In this document: positions 1 to 13,439 of the stretch, in pieces | Layout of the letters: each line of letters opens with the position of its first letter | How positions within the stretch are numbered: the stretch's first letter is position 1 | From: Chromera velia | Lineage: Eukaryota | Length of the DNA stretch: 51,499 nt | Reading direction: 5' to 3' | Assembly: GCA_018398765.1 (NCBI GenBank) | Contig: JAHBMJ010000285.1 | Span: 1-51,499, forward strand | Program-made: the position numbers and the translations under genes | The notes under the pieces: generated by a model | What the model saw: only the letters and a program-made list of their open reading frames with translations | Told to the model about the DNA's origin: nothing | Database searches by the model: none

Positions 1-172
<172 letters not shown>

Positions 173-787
173 TTGTGTATTCGTCTTGTCTCTTAATGAT
201 CTGAGGTGTCTAAGTTAATCATCTTAATCTTTATAAAATTTAAGGTAGATTTCATTTTTAATCTGGTATTTTGTATCGTTTGATCTGTCGATTTCTTTTC
301 ATTCCATTAAAAGATTAAGGTCTGGAAGATAATATCGGAAGGGATAAGATAGGAGTTCTGTTTTAGAAATCTTCGTTGGAAAAGCTTGGATAGGACTCGG
401 GTGACGGGCGATTTGCGGCATCATTTTGCTACCAACCTTTTTCAGCTCGGTCACCCTCAGCTCGGCTGGGCTCGGACCGCGCGGTTTTCGCAGCGTGGTC
501 AAATATGGTCAAATCGATCAGACTTCTTTGATAGTCTTTGATATTCATTGATCGATACTGCTGCAGTCCGATCGACATAATCCCGTGGGCCATTTCATAT
601 TTTTGCTGTCCACTTCTGCAACTTTGTTGACGCCCCAGACTGTGAGAAGTGTCGATTCGCAAAGCCACTCTTCAGACTTGAACCTCAACTTTTGGCAAAC
701 AATCGTACAGCACAATCTTCTAACTAAGCAGCGTTGTGTCTTGAGACGTCCTTTTCGCGGTTAGTCGTGAGGTTTGTTTGTTGGCCG

Positions 788-3700
788 ATGCAGGCGGTTG
801 TACAAGGGGTTTTGGGCCTTTTTCGAGGCGCGTCAACGGGAAACCAAGCGCAATCACCCGGAACTCACCCGGGGTTCAAGAGGAGACGGCAAGGAGACGG
901 CACAGATCCCGATGAAGACGAAATGGAGAACAAACAGATCAGAGAGGACGCCCTGTGCGCCTTTCTGCAGCATCTGGAGCTTAAGTCTCAGGTATGCTCA
1001 CTTTCTGCATGTTTCGAGATTAGCAGGCTTGGCAGCCCGTCTGTTGAAAAATTCGGTGGATCTGACTGTCAACACACAGACGCTGATCAATAGATGAATC
1101 GCTTTTACAATGATTTCTTTCGTGAGGAGCAAACAGTCGCCGATCAGTCTTTTCTCTCAGTGTTTGCCTGCCATCCGTAGTTCCCGGCTTTCTGCCTGTT
1201 GCGAAAAAGTGTGCCACACCTATTATTCGTCGCCTTTTCTTTTGTTTGTCCCTTCTCCCCTGCAGACGCTTGTGGACCTGGCCTCCAACAGAGACTCCCT
1301 CGGTCTCGCTTGGCTGTGCACTTTCCTGGTCACCAAGGTGAGCAAGTCGGCAAGCCCTCGTTTGTTTCCTTTGAACTTCCGAGCTCCCCCGTGACTTGCC
1401 CTTGAAGGCCCCAAACAAATTCAACGTTTCGTTTCCTTCACTCAATGCTCTCGCCGCCTCTTTCGCCCTCTGCAGATGGCGGTGCCGGTGCCACTGCACA
1501 GTCTGGACCTTTCCAGTCAGTCTTAAACCAAAACCTTGGGGGATGGCCATCGGGAGGGAGCGAGGGGGGCAGAGTGAAGCACATTCGTACATGGGAGGGA
1601 GCGAGGGGGGCAGAGTGAAGCGCATGCGTACATGGCATGACTTGAGTTTTGTGTGTTTTGGGGGGGGCTTTGTGCTTTTCCTTTTCAGGTTGCTCCGTGC
1701 GGCATCACTTTTGGAAGAGAATAAGAAGCAAAGGAGACGAAAGCGGAGGCAAGGGACAAGGGAAGAGGGCATGGAGCGATTTTTCAGAGGCAAAGAAACT
1801 ACCTGGCTTAGGCGCGATTGGACAGTCTGCTTCAAATTGGCTCTCTCTCTCACACACACTCTGTATATGTGTATATATGTATTTTCCCCTCTCTGATCTC
1901 TCCTCCTCGTATCTCACCCTCCTCCCCTCCCTCCCTCCTTGTCTGCAGAAAGGCTCGAAGTCCCTCCAGAAAAAGCGTTCCTCTTCCTGAATGCCCTGCC
2001 GCTTTCTGTTGAGGAGCTCACGCTTGGTGGGTTGATCGTGCTTGTATTTCTCTTGCCTGCTCCAGTGATAGTCTCAGCTGCCGAGGGCGGGTTTGGATGG
2101 GTTTCTGAAATAATATTCATCTCCACCGTTCCGACTGCATGCCTCTCCTCAGGTCGTTCCGTTAGCCCTTTCACTTCTCTCGTTGAACTTCTCCGTTTCT
2201 CTCGATCTTTGCCTACGTCTCTGTCTCTCTCTCTTTCTCTCTTTTTGCGGTCAGCAGTGTAGAAGTGGACCAAGTTAGTCGACCTCCTTCTCCCCATTCT
2301 CCGTGTGTGAGCTTTTTTCTAGCGTGAACATGCTGCGCAGGTGCAAAGGAAGGTAATGGGTAAAAGAGTGAAAATGCTTCTCTGAGCGGCGGTTTATGCA
2401 AGAAGAAGAGGCACGGTGGACAAAAGAAATGAAGGGAAACGATACCTACATGCAGCTCTTTAATTCTTCTCTCCATCCATTCCTCCAACCCCCTTCCACT
2501 CCCCATCCGCTCAGGGCCCCACCTAGTGGGGGGTCCCGCTCTTCCTCTCTTGTGCCGCTTTCTGAAACGAGTAGCGGCAGCGAGGAGGCGAGAGGGAACG
2601 GAGGTTCAACTGAAGAGCTTCGTTTTCTCAGGTCAGCGTTTAGCGCAGTCAAGAAAATTGGGATATGTAGTTCATTTTTGCCATATTTGATTTTTACGAT
2701 GCACCAAAACCAAATAAATATGTCGGAGAGCCTCTGGCTTCTCGAGGCGTCCAGTTTTTGTTGTCCCTGTGCAGAAAGAACCTCCTGCTTCTCAGAATTA
2801 TACTTTTTTTTGTTTTCGTTTCTGCCTCTCTCCCTCTGTAGCTTTTGCGTGGATGAAGACGGTCTTCCCGGCCTCTTGTTTTCTCCTCTCTTTTCCTTCC
2901 ACACGAACTCCGTGGCTCTCTCCTCCTTATTGGCTTTCTCCAATCTCCTCTTTCCTTCCTTCCTTCCTTCCTTCAGGAAACCCACTCGGACAGGTGGAGG
3001 CCCCAAGAGTTGTCCCCTTGATGCTGAAAGGTGTCGAGAAGCTGAGCCTGAAGGGTCGGTCCACAGGGCAATTAAACAACCAAGGCGGCTGTACACGCAG
3101 GCAGGCAGGCAGGGTCAAGGTGGTGATGCGGCCAGATTATGATGTCTGTCGGGCCAGATTTCCCTGGGGCTGTCTGTTGCACTCACTGAAGGGTCTTCTT
3201 TTCTGCTGTGCTGTTTCTCTTCTTGCTTGCTTCGTCGCCTTTTTCTGTTCTGAAGTTGTCCGTTTACCTCAGTGCACTCACCTGTCGACATCCGTCCTTA
3301 ACTCTTGTTGAATCGGTGCTGAAGAATGACAGAAATAAAGAAACGAAACCAACATTTTGAGAACGCCTGTCGATCTGTCTGACTGACTGTTTTCTGAATT
3401 GGTTTGTCAGACGAAAGGTTACACGAAAGTGGCAGCGCAAGCAGATTTCATTGATTGATTGAGAACATGTTTTCCGAGTGGTCTCTCTTGTTCCTTACCT
3501 TTCCTCACCTGTCTTGATGTGGTCTTGCAGGCAATGTCCTGGTGAAGGCAGCAATTAAAGCGCTCGCAGATGGAATCAGGACGGGTAAGGCGGAGAGTCT
3601 GCGGACGTTGAATCTCGAGGAGACGGGACTTCAGAAAGAGGATTTGCAGACGCTCTGTGAGGCCATTCTCAAGAGGCCTCTCAAGGTGGAGTCTCTCAAC

Positions 3701-6223
3701 CTGTCTGGGAACCCGAGTCTGGGTGATCAGGGAGTAGAGACCCTCTCCCGTGTGCTGAGCATCGCTCACATGGCGTCTCTCTCCGAGCTTCGGTTGAGAG
3801 AGTCTGGCGTAGGAAACGAGGGGCTGAGGTTGTTGGCTGAAGTGATGACTCAGGCTGAGGTCCCGTGTCTAGAGACCCTAGACCTAGGAGGGAACCCCTT
3901 TGACAACGAAGGGGCAGTCACGATGGTGGGGGCTTTGCAAGTCGAGTGTCTGCCTCTGTTGAAAAATTTAAATCTGATTCCGAGAGACCTTCCGTTCACA
4001 GATCAAACAATTTCTACCCTCTTTAAAGCACTTTCTGCTGAGGAGTGCCCCCCGCTTGAGCACGTGCGTCTTGCACTGCAATTTTGGAATTGTGAAAATA
4101 GCAACATGGCAGAGGGGGGAAGGGAATGGGGGGAGGTGGAAAAAGAGGAGAATGTGAGATTGTTGGGTGCAGGAAAAGTGCCTTCGATTCGCACTGTTGG
4201 TGTGGGCATAGAGGGAAAGTTAGTCTCCGCCTTCTTTGAAGAAATTGCGAATGCGCCTGAATCCCCCCCGATGCTTTCCACAGGGCTGGTCCTTCTCCGT
4301 CCTGATCAGGAGGGTATAGACAGGATGGGGGGGGCAACTGAGATGAATCGTTTAGAGTCTCTCCGCAGTCTTGTGCTGATTCCGAGAACTGGCGCCACCA
4401 GCGCGTCTGTTGTGTTCGCCCCTTCCATGAGCCCCTTTTTGAGTGCGCTGAGCGGTGCAGCTGCACGGCTTCCGAATTTGTGTCTTTTGGGGTTGCCCCG
4501 GATGGGTTTGAGGGACGAAGATTTGGTCCTTCTCGGGGATGCCATGAGGGCAGGAAGCCTGTGTGGGCTTCGGGAGTTGCAGTTACAGGGAAATGACGGG
4601 GTGAATGAGAGGGGGTCTCTGGCTTTGATGAGTGCCTTGGAGGAAGGTGAGAACAGTGCACCTCTTCTCGAGTGCTTGCAGATTAACGGTACTCGTCTGG
4701 GGATGGAGGGGAGCCGGTTGGGGACGGCGCTAGCGGCTGGTAAGTTGAAAAACCTCTCCACGCTGCGCATCGGTTCCTCTCACTGGCCGACTAGCGGAAT
4801 GTTTGCGCTTGCCAAGAGTGTGCGGGATGGTTTTTTGACGGGTTTGAAGACTTTGGATTTGGATGACACTGAGAGTGGTGTCTCAGTGATAGGGAGAGAG
4901 GGGTGGGCGGATTTTTTCCGTTCTTTGACTGAAAGCGCGAAAGGTCTGCCCGTTCTCGAGATGTTGGATCTGTCGGGTACCTGTGCCGGGTTGGAGGGGG
5001 AAGGGTTGGCTGCAACATTTGAGCAGGGCGCTGTGCCTGGGTTGAGGGGAGTGTACCTGAAGCAGGCGAGGTTCTCGAATCAGGGAGCGAAGGCTCTGGC
5101 AGATGTGGTGGGGAGAGGGCGTCTGCCTTCGGGGTTGTGCGAGCTTTACGTGGGGGGGGGGTTTGGAGGGGGGATGGAAGGGGGGGAGGATTTTCAGAAG
5201 CTGTTCGTTGAAATTTGTCAAAAGGGATTGCCGGGGCGTCCTTTCCCGGCCCTTGACTTTTCGGGGCGTGTAGTTCGAAGGGGTTTGAATACATTGGGCC
5301 TGGGGCTTGAGGCTGGGTGGGCGGGTTTGAGAAATTTGTCTGTGATTGTGTTGAGAAATACAGGAATACAGTCATTGCATGTCTTTTCTCGCAGTGTAAA
5401 GAAGGGTGCACTTCGAAATGTGGCCCATTTGGATTTGGGAGAGAACCTGGGGATCCCTTCTTTTGTTCCTCTGATGAATGCAATAGCAGAGTGCGTCCCT
5501 GGGGGATGTGCCAAATTGGCAACTCTCGAACTCTCAGGGTCGAGGGCAGGGGTGGGGGGGAAGGCAGTTGCTCGTGCCCTTGGGTCGGGCAATCTCCCTT
5601 CTCTGAGGTATGTGACCCTTGCGCCCTGTTGTTTTGACACAGAGGGTATGGCAGCGTTGGGAGAGGTGTTCAGAGAAGGAAGGGCACCCCCTCGACTGAG
5701 GCAGATTCCTTTGCCTCACAATCCCTTTGATTGGGAGATGCCAAACTGGGAAGGAGACTTTCCTGACTTTGATTCGTTGCTTGACGGAATTGCACGTAGT
5801 GAGGTCGGGATTCCGTCAGTGTCCTCTATTGACTTGTCAGGCGGGCTGATAGGGCCCACTGGAATGCGGGCGTTGGGGGTGATTTTGGGATCAGGGAAGG
5901 TCCCCGAGCTTCGCAGTGTGGCTCTTTGTCGTTGTGTGATTGACGATGAGGACATGAGAGCTTTCGCTGAAGCATTCCGATCTCGTAGCAGTCCATCGTT
6001 AGAGAATTTGGAATTGTCAGAGAACTCAATGACTGTCGAGGGGGTCAGGGCTTTCCTGAATTGTGTGCGCCCAAAGTCATTTCCCCGTTTGTTGAGACTC
6101 CGTCTGGGTGGGCAGAGACAAATGAATGCAGAGGGATCGGCAGAGGTGCGGGCTTTGGTCGAAACGGCGAAGTCGAGAGGAAAGTTTCCCAGTCTCAGCT
6201 TGGCAAACTTGCTCTCTGTTTGA
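788..6223 (+). CDS. Leucine-rich repeat protein, ribonuclease-inhibitor (RNI)-like, ~1093 aa, 7 exons: join(788..991,1266..1337,1476..1515,1949..2026,2515..2631,2977..3054,3531..6223)
   Basis: The terminal exon contains an 893-aa ORF with many LxxLxLxxN/T repeats (LRTLNLEETGL, VESLNLSGNPSLGDQG, LETLDLGGNPF, LENLELSENSMT). Six upstream exons have GT..AG boundaries and consistent phases (3282 nt in total, no internal stop). They read MQAVVQG...LELKSQ/TLVDLAS...LVTK/MAVPVPLHSLDLS/KRLEVPPEKAFLFLNALP/GPHLVGGPALPLLCRFL/GNPLGQVEAP/GNVLVKAAIK. Confidence 0.85.
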
Positions 6224-6804
6224 TGCGAAAGTGCGAATTCTTAGCGGTATTTCAAAGTTCTAGTACGAATGTGTGAAAACGCTAGGTGAAAACGTCTTTA
6301 CCTAGGTCTGTACACTGGTCAAGTTTATACGGTTGAAGAGTAAATGATTTATCAATAATTAATGGAATACCTGTGCAGCTTCCAATAGATATGTTGCCTA
6401 CTATACCAAGCTATACCAAGTTAACTGCTAAGAGTATTTTAAAGCATACTCCTAGGGATAGCCCCTACAAGTAAATTTGTTCTGTTACTAAAATAATGGT
6501 TTTTACAAAAAAAACTAATACTACTAAGAGCTTAACAGCTTGTCTATAATCTTTGAGATATAAGGTTCGGTCTAGGGTTCAGTTTTAGGCTTTCAAGTTA
6601 TAGATTTTATGTTTAAAAAAAGTTTTGTAGAGGCTAGAAACGTAAATGATTGATTGACTTATATAAAAGAAGAAATTACTACTAAGAATAGCTCTAGGAA
6701 TAGCTAATGATTAATGATATGCATAATGATGTCAATGGCGTAAATGATCGACGATCGTAATAACAATCTATAGATAAGAAATTACTAGACAATTTATCAT
6801 CTTT

Positions 6805-6836
<32 letters not shown>

Positions 6837-7190
6837 TAGTGCAAGATAAAAAAATAGTGTACAATCTAGTGTACAATTTCTTTTATACAGAGGATTCTCA
6901 AAATTTTTTTTACAAATAGTGCTAGACATGGCACTTGGCACACCACTGGCACATATGAAAGCCTAGATAGAAGCCCGTTGTAGAAGTTTACTACAACTAG
7001 TATTTCCAGCTAGTTTTAGGGCTAGTTCCGGTCAAAAGGGCCACACCTAGGGCGATATCAATTTGTAGCGATTTCCCGTTCAGGCTTATTTTCTCTTCTA
7101 AACCTTGAACGGCCACCGTCAGCCAATCAGTTTGGGACTGCTCTAGAGGCTGCTGATGTAGGCACCGAGGGATGTTCTCCCGCTGGAAAT

Positions 7191-7788
7191 TCACTTCCTT
7201 TCGGTGGATGCATCAACTGCAGCGGTCTGCGTTTGTCCAGTAGACGTCGAGGATGCGTGGAAGAGTGCTCCTCTGTATTTGAGAATTTTGGTCCACAAGG
7301 GACCTGGGGCAATCATCGCAAACTGGCCGGGGTTCCTCGGGGTCTCTCCGTATGTCCTCAAATACGCAGAGGGCCCTAGGAGGGAGAGCACCTCGTTGGT
7401 GAGTGTGAGAGAGCTCGAAGGGGAGGGAGCTGAGGGCACATCTGTTGGGGGGTTTGCGTTCTTGGGGGGGTCTGCTTGGGCATCAGGCCGTGCAAATGGA
7501 GATCCTGCCGTGTCTTCGTTGGGCAGTGTGGTCTCCTGGGACGATTCGGGGGGGTTCTTTTTGGTTGATACCGTCTTGGTGTTTCCTGGAGGGGGGCTTG
7601 GTTTTGTGCGTTGCTGGTTTGGGGCGGGAGCTGTGGGGACGACTCCGGAAGAAGATGCAGAGAAGGCTGCGAGTCCTGCGACGTTGGAGGAAGCCCTGAA
7701 GTGTGATGACGACCTTAGCGAGCTCAGAGGAATCTTGGGGCAGCGACGGGAAAGGACCTGCAGACGTGGATGTGCACACACTCATGCA

Positions 7789-7848
<60 letters not shown>

Positions 7849-7921
7849 CAGAGACAGAAACAGAGACAGAGACAGAGACAGAGACAGAAACAGAAACAGA
7901 GACAGAGACAGAGACAGAGAC

Positions 7922-7970
<49 letters not shown>

Positions 7971-10900
7971 GAAAAAGAGGGAGGGAAATTCACAAGAAGA
8001 AGGAGAGACATGAAGATTGATTGACAGACTGATAGACAGAGAGAAAAATGAATGAACAGAAAGAGAAATCGGTAGACAAACAGGCAGGTAGTTGGAGAGA
8101 GTGACTGATCAACTGATTGGTTGACTGAGTAACAGATAGACAAATCTCAAAAATGACTGACCTCAACAAGTTTGAGCCTGTCAAAAGGTGGAGGGTCAAC
8201 AAGTTCAATCGTGTCTCGGATCAACTGCGCCTTGATCTGCAACCACATGAGGAAGGGAGGGAACAGCTAGACCGGTAGGCACATACACACAGAGGGAAGC
8301 CACTCGCTAGTCAGGGCAACAGACAGGGACGAGGAGCGGGCTCAAAAATTGGAGCAATGGGCATGGGGTGGACGTGAGGAAAGAAACTAATGGCTAGACA
8401 GAGTCAGTGAAAAATCCATCCCCGTGCAAGTTTTTTTATTTCTTTCAAAAATGCTGGGTGACATCGAAAAACCAAAGAAACTTGAAATGCCAAGAACTAA
8501 AAATGGACTAATTAATGTGAAGAGACAATTTGGGACCGAAACCGGATCCCTGGCGCAGCAAAAAGATCGAAAAAGAGGATTCACACAGAAGGAAGGAAGA
8601 AAGGAAGGAAAGACAAAAAAACAAGCAGACAGAACCCCCCGCATAGACGCCTAGATCTCTCTCTCCCCGTTCCCCCCCGACCTCACCTCTTCATCGAGTG
8701 TTGTGTCTGTCGACAGCGAAGGAGAGGAATTGACCTCAATCAGCCAGGGCTTCTTGTTGGAGTCAATGAGAACGTCAAAGCCGAAAAGCTCAAAAGAGTT
8801 CGCCTGAATGAATGTATATCATGAAGCCACAGAGACAGTCGATCTTCGTGATCCTCCATTCGACCTCTTCTTTTTTCTCATTCTCTTGCCCCGCTTTCCT
8901 TGTGTACAACGATCTCGGGAACTAAAAAAACACACAGAAGCAATAAGATGGAGAAAACTTCATTATTCGTATGTGCTTTTATTCATGAACACGAACGGAG
9001 GCCGCCTTGGTTCTCAGTCAGCCTGTGGTGGAACAGGTGATTGATTCACTTTTCTTCTCTAGGTGCTGCTGTTCTGAGGCTATGCCTTTTGTTTTCTTTT
9101 CGTTTTTCTGCTTCTCTTTTTGTCTCTCTCTTTTCTTTGTGTGAGGAAAGCGCAACCAAAACAAAAAAGCAACTTGATGAGGAAAGCGCAACCAAAACAA
9201 AAAACCAACTTGATGAGGAAAGCACAACCAAAACAAAAAACCAACTTGATGAGGAAAGCGCAACCAAAACAAAACACCAACTTGATGAGGAATGAAGTCC
9301 CCACAGCAACAGAGGCACTTCAGGACAACCTCGCAGATGGACGTCCACACGGGAGCCCAGGAGACGCCCCTTGCTTCCAACAGTTTCCGTAGAGTCGCCA
9401 GAGAAACCTTCGTTCCCCCCTCAAAGACATCAATCGTCTCATTCAACAGACGAGGAGACGGCGAAGGAGACTCCTTCAAAAGCTCATCCTTCGCGGGTTG
9501 TCCAGAGGAGCAGGGAACATTCTTTTCTTTTTCTGCAAACGGAGCGTTTGACGACAGACTGCCCACTTTCTCTGCAAACAGAGCAGCAGCTGCACTTGAC
9601 ACTGCACACTCAAGACGACGAGCTCCCGCTCCATGAGAGGGGCCTGTTGTTGTCTTCTCTCTTTCAATCTTCTGTTCTGGGTCTCCTGGGACCTGTCCAG
9701 CGTTGCTCTGTGCTTCTGACTGCTGCTGCGGGTCCAAACGGGATCTGATGAAGGAGGGATCCCTTCCTCGAGTCGCACGAGCGATTGCCGCGCAGAGTGC
9801 CTCCCTTCCCGTCCGCTGTACAGCCCTGCTACCACTCTGCAACAACTTCGCATGTCTGAGAACCCTCTCAGCTGTCTGAGAGGTGGGGGACAGCTGAAGT
9901 TTGTCTCTCTTCTCCTTCTCCTCCTCCTGCTTCTTGCCGCCCTTCTTTTCAGACGCAGCAGCAGCCGAATCATCGGAATCGTCACCCGAGGAATCCCCCT
10001 CACTGCCCTCCATTCCCCCCGGCCCACTCTCACCCCCTCCCGTGTCCCCCCCCCCNNNNNNNNNNNNNNNNNNNNNNNNNNNNNNNNNNNNNNNNNTCCC
10101 CCCCCCCCTCCTCCTCTTCTATGCATCCCATGGCGAAGGATGCCTCTCGATAGGCTTTCGGAGCTCTGGATGGACTTCCAGGTCCTGTCAGGGACTGGAC
10201 GTTCAGTCTCCTCTGCTCTCTCTGCTCTCCCTCTCCCCTGGGTTTCTGGTAGTTCCTCTTGTTGGTCTTCTGGATTGAGACGTTCGTCAGGTGCATCAGT
10301 CTGCATGGTAATGATTGAAATGTTTTGTTACTTATTGTTCATTTGGTTGTATACAAACGCGCGTCAGATGCATTACTCATTCAGAGAGAGGAGCGATTGA
10401 GAAGAGAAAGGCTGTGCCAAAAACGACGTCGTCGATATGAAAAAAAAGAGAAATAAAGGTCGAAAGAATTTTGAGTGCCTGTCACACAAATAGCACTGGA
10501 CAAGAAAAGCGATTGTTGTGTGGTGGGAAGAAGCGATGAAAGAAGGAAAGAAGGCAGGAAAGAAAGCCTGGCTGTGCGTGCCCTCTCCTCTCCTCTCCTC
10601 TCTTCTCACCTGTTGCTAAGGGTGTCAGAATCAAGAGAGAAGGGGACGGAAGCAAAGCGACCAAAGCCCTGCATGCACAACAAGTAAGCTGATCTGGACA
10701 GGCTTGTGTGTCCATCCATGCACGCTAAGAGGAAAGCGCAATTCAAAGAACAATTTGAACAGGTGGGCAAAAGAGGAGACTCGAGAAGAAAGAAGCACAG
10801 AAAACAAAAGAAATACAATCAATTGGCAGAAAAAAAAGGTCATTGGGAGGGATTCAAAACCAAAGACCGGGAAAGAAGGGCAACGGAGCGGGACATCCCT

Positions 10901-11313
10901 CCAAAGTCTTGCCCACAATCACTTAGCACAGACTGCCGACCTCTTGATAGATGAAGGCCTCAAGAGGAGAGAATGACGTCACAAGAACAAAAATGCGAAG
11001 ATCGAATTTGTGTCCCTCTATCAGCATCGGGTTCGGGATGTATTCCTGCACGCATGAAAGCATAATGTTTCCTGGTATGCCCAGCCTCAATTGTTTTTTG
11101 CAAGAGGCCCCAAAGGGAGATGCGATGAGCATGTGATTCCAAAAATCCGTCGAGACACTTTCAGAGGATGGATTGTTATTGCTGGGAGTCTCTCTTCTTT
11201 CAGATCGATCAGCACAAAACAAGCGAATCGTCCACACCAGAGCAAGTGAGAAAAGATGGAGAGGAGAGAAAGAAACAGACAGGTCGATGAATAGAGAGCC
11301 AGAGAGAAAGAGA

Positions 11314-11359
<46 letters not shown>

Positions 11360-12043
11360 GAGAGAGAGAGAGAGAAAAGAGAGAGCTACTGACCTGTACA
11401 ACAGACTGATCTCCGTATGTTACATTTTTTAGTTCATTCACCACAGAAATGCCACGACCTCGAGACGACCCTGAGTGCATCGATCGATGGGCATGTGAGT
11501 GCATCGATGCATTCATTCATTCATTCATTCATTCACTGCCTCTGTATTGATGCAACGGACTCGAAATTCTTCAAAGAAATGTATTTATCCGACCAGGCTA
11601 CTACCTTGCTGTGAAAAGGAAAGAGACGTCCCAAATACAGAAGTAAACAGAAAAGTCATGAAGAAGGAAACCGAAAACTCCATTGCAAGGGAACAAAAGC
11701 ATGTTCGTCTCTCTTTGTTTTCAATAGATGTTCATTCAATCGAATAGCGCGCATCTGTACATGCAGTCTGTTTTCTTACCTGCTGGTTTGACGATCCAAA
11801 AATTTGGCTTCCGAGATGACTCTTGAGCCTCCGTAAACCTGCACACACACGGACAGACAAGACACCGAATGTCTAAGTGTCCCCTCATACGGAGAGTCAA
11901 GAGAAGGGACCATGAAAGCCATCAAGTCTTCCTCCCCCCCTCTCTCTCTCCCTGCCCATCCATCGCTTCGCGTATGCCCATATTTTTCGAAAACTTTTCT
12001 CTCTGTCTTTCTGTCTGTCTGTCTGTTTCTCTCACCCAAAGGT

Positions 12044-12084
<41 letters not shown>

Positions 12085-13396
12085 CACACACACACAGAGG
12101 GGGGGAGGAAGGGGAAAGAGGAATGGGCTGCAACGTGTAGCCCTGGGTAATTCCCCTGCTGACTGACTGACCTGTCAACGAACTGGAGGTACTCTTTTGG
12201 GAGCACGAAGGTCTTCGGAATAATTCGGAAGGCCTCGGCACACCGCCCCCCCACCCTCAGGTAGCGTTCAACGCAGCGCTTCAAACAGTCCTTCCTGCAA
12301 AATAGTCACAGGCAAACACCCCAGAAGAACTACTAAATGATGTGCTTGTTGGAAGGAAGGAAGGAAGGACGGAACTCGAGGGACTCACGGAGAGGAATGA
12401 GAACCGGAGACAAGTGGCATGCATGAAGATACAAGACAGAAAAATAAAGTGGCGATTGAACGACAGTGCAATTTGGAGGCACTGCGCAGACACTCGCCCT
12501 AGCTTTTTGTGCGTCACCACAGAGACGCTTTTCACATGTGGAAGGAAAGATGTAGATTCGTTGGACGGAATAGATCGAGTACCTGTCTGACCGACCTTGT
12601 GAGCTGTCTACTTTGGGGGTAGTGGTTCACCTGCAGGTATTCATTCATTCGATTGATCGACCGACAGAAAAAAAGAAGCAGGGACTTTCACAGTCATGGA
12701 ATAGACAGACCAGCTCAGCAGGCATTAAGCATTGAATTGTCACTGTCGGATGGGATCAATATGCCTGACACGTGCGCGTGTGTGTGACCGGCCTGTCTTT
12801 GCGGCGTAGAAAACGGCAGACAAGAATTAAGGCGAACCTTTTGAAAGACAAGGAGCCGACTGTAGTCCACCTTTGGGCGAGCCCAGGTCCACAGGAGGTT
12901 CCATGTTGCTCCTAGGTTGAGGCCGTGGGGAAGTTCTTCCCAGTCCTTTCGTTTGTGGAGGACTCTGAGGAGGCAGGAGGGAAAGAAAATAGAGAAGAGA
13001 AGAAAGGGGAAATCAGAAATAGGCCCGATATTCAATGCTTCTCGACACGACCATCAACAGGGGGCATGGGAGACCTTAATAAAGCACAGGGGATCGAGGG
13101 TTCTCTATCCTTCCTTTCCAATTTGCAATGCTGTCATTCGGTTCGCATCATGGCAGTACAACATGAAGGATGAGGAAATGGTGCTTCCTCTCAGAGTCAA
13201 TCCATACTCCGGCTCACCTTGTGACGATATCATAAACCTCGGGCCTGTACTGTACGACTCGGAAGTATCTGCGTGCGTGCGTTCATTCATACCGTGAACC
13301 TTTCGGGCATTGCAAATGGAACGACGGAAGAAAATTCAGTGCAGGAGACTGTAAAAACAGACCCCTGACCAGAGGGGGGCGCATGCCAATACGATG

Positions 13397-13439
<43 letters not shown>

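Noticed and set aside
299..668. Two short minus-strand ORFs upstream of the LRR gene
   Set aside because: They have no recognisable motifs or supported splice structure.
1552..1621. 29-bp direct repeat (gggagggagcgaggggggcagagtgaagc, two copies)
   Set aside because: It is a simple local duplication inside an LRR-gene intron with no further structure.
7204..8013. 269-aa plus-strand ORF
   Set aside because: It is the antisense shadow of the last TTLL exon running into a microsatellite.
9142..9292. 36-bp repeats of CRISPR-like length
   Set aside because: The units are directly tandem with no unique spacers.
13269..13348. Extra TTLL exon followed by a 24-nt micro-intron (13292-13269)
   Set aside because: Direct splicing from 13612 to 13268 keeps the phase and is more parsimonious. 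RNA data would be needed to exclude the alternative completely.
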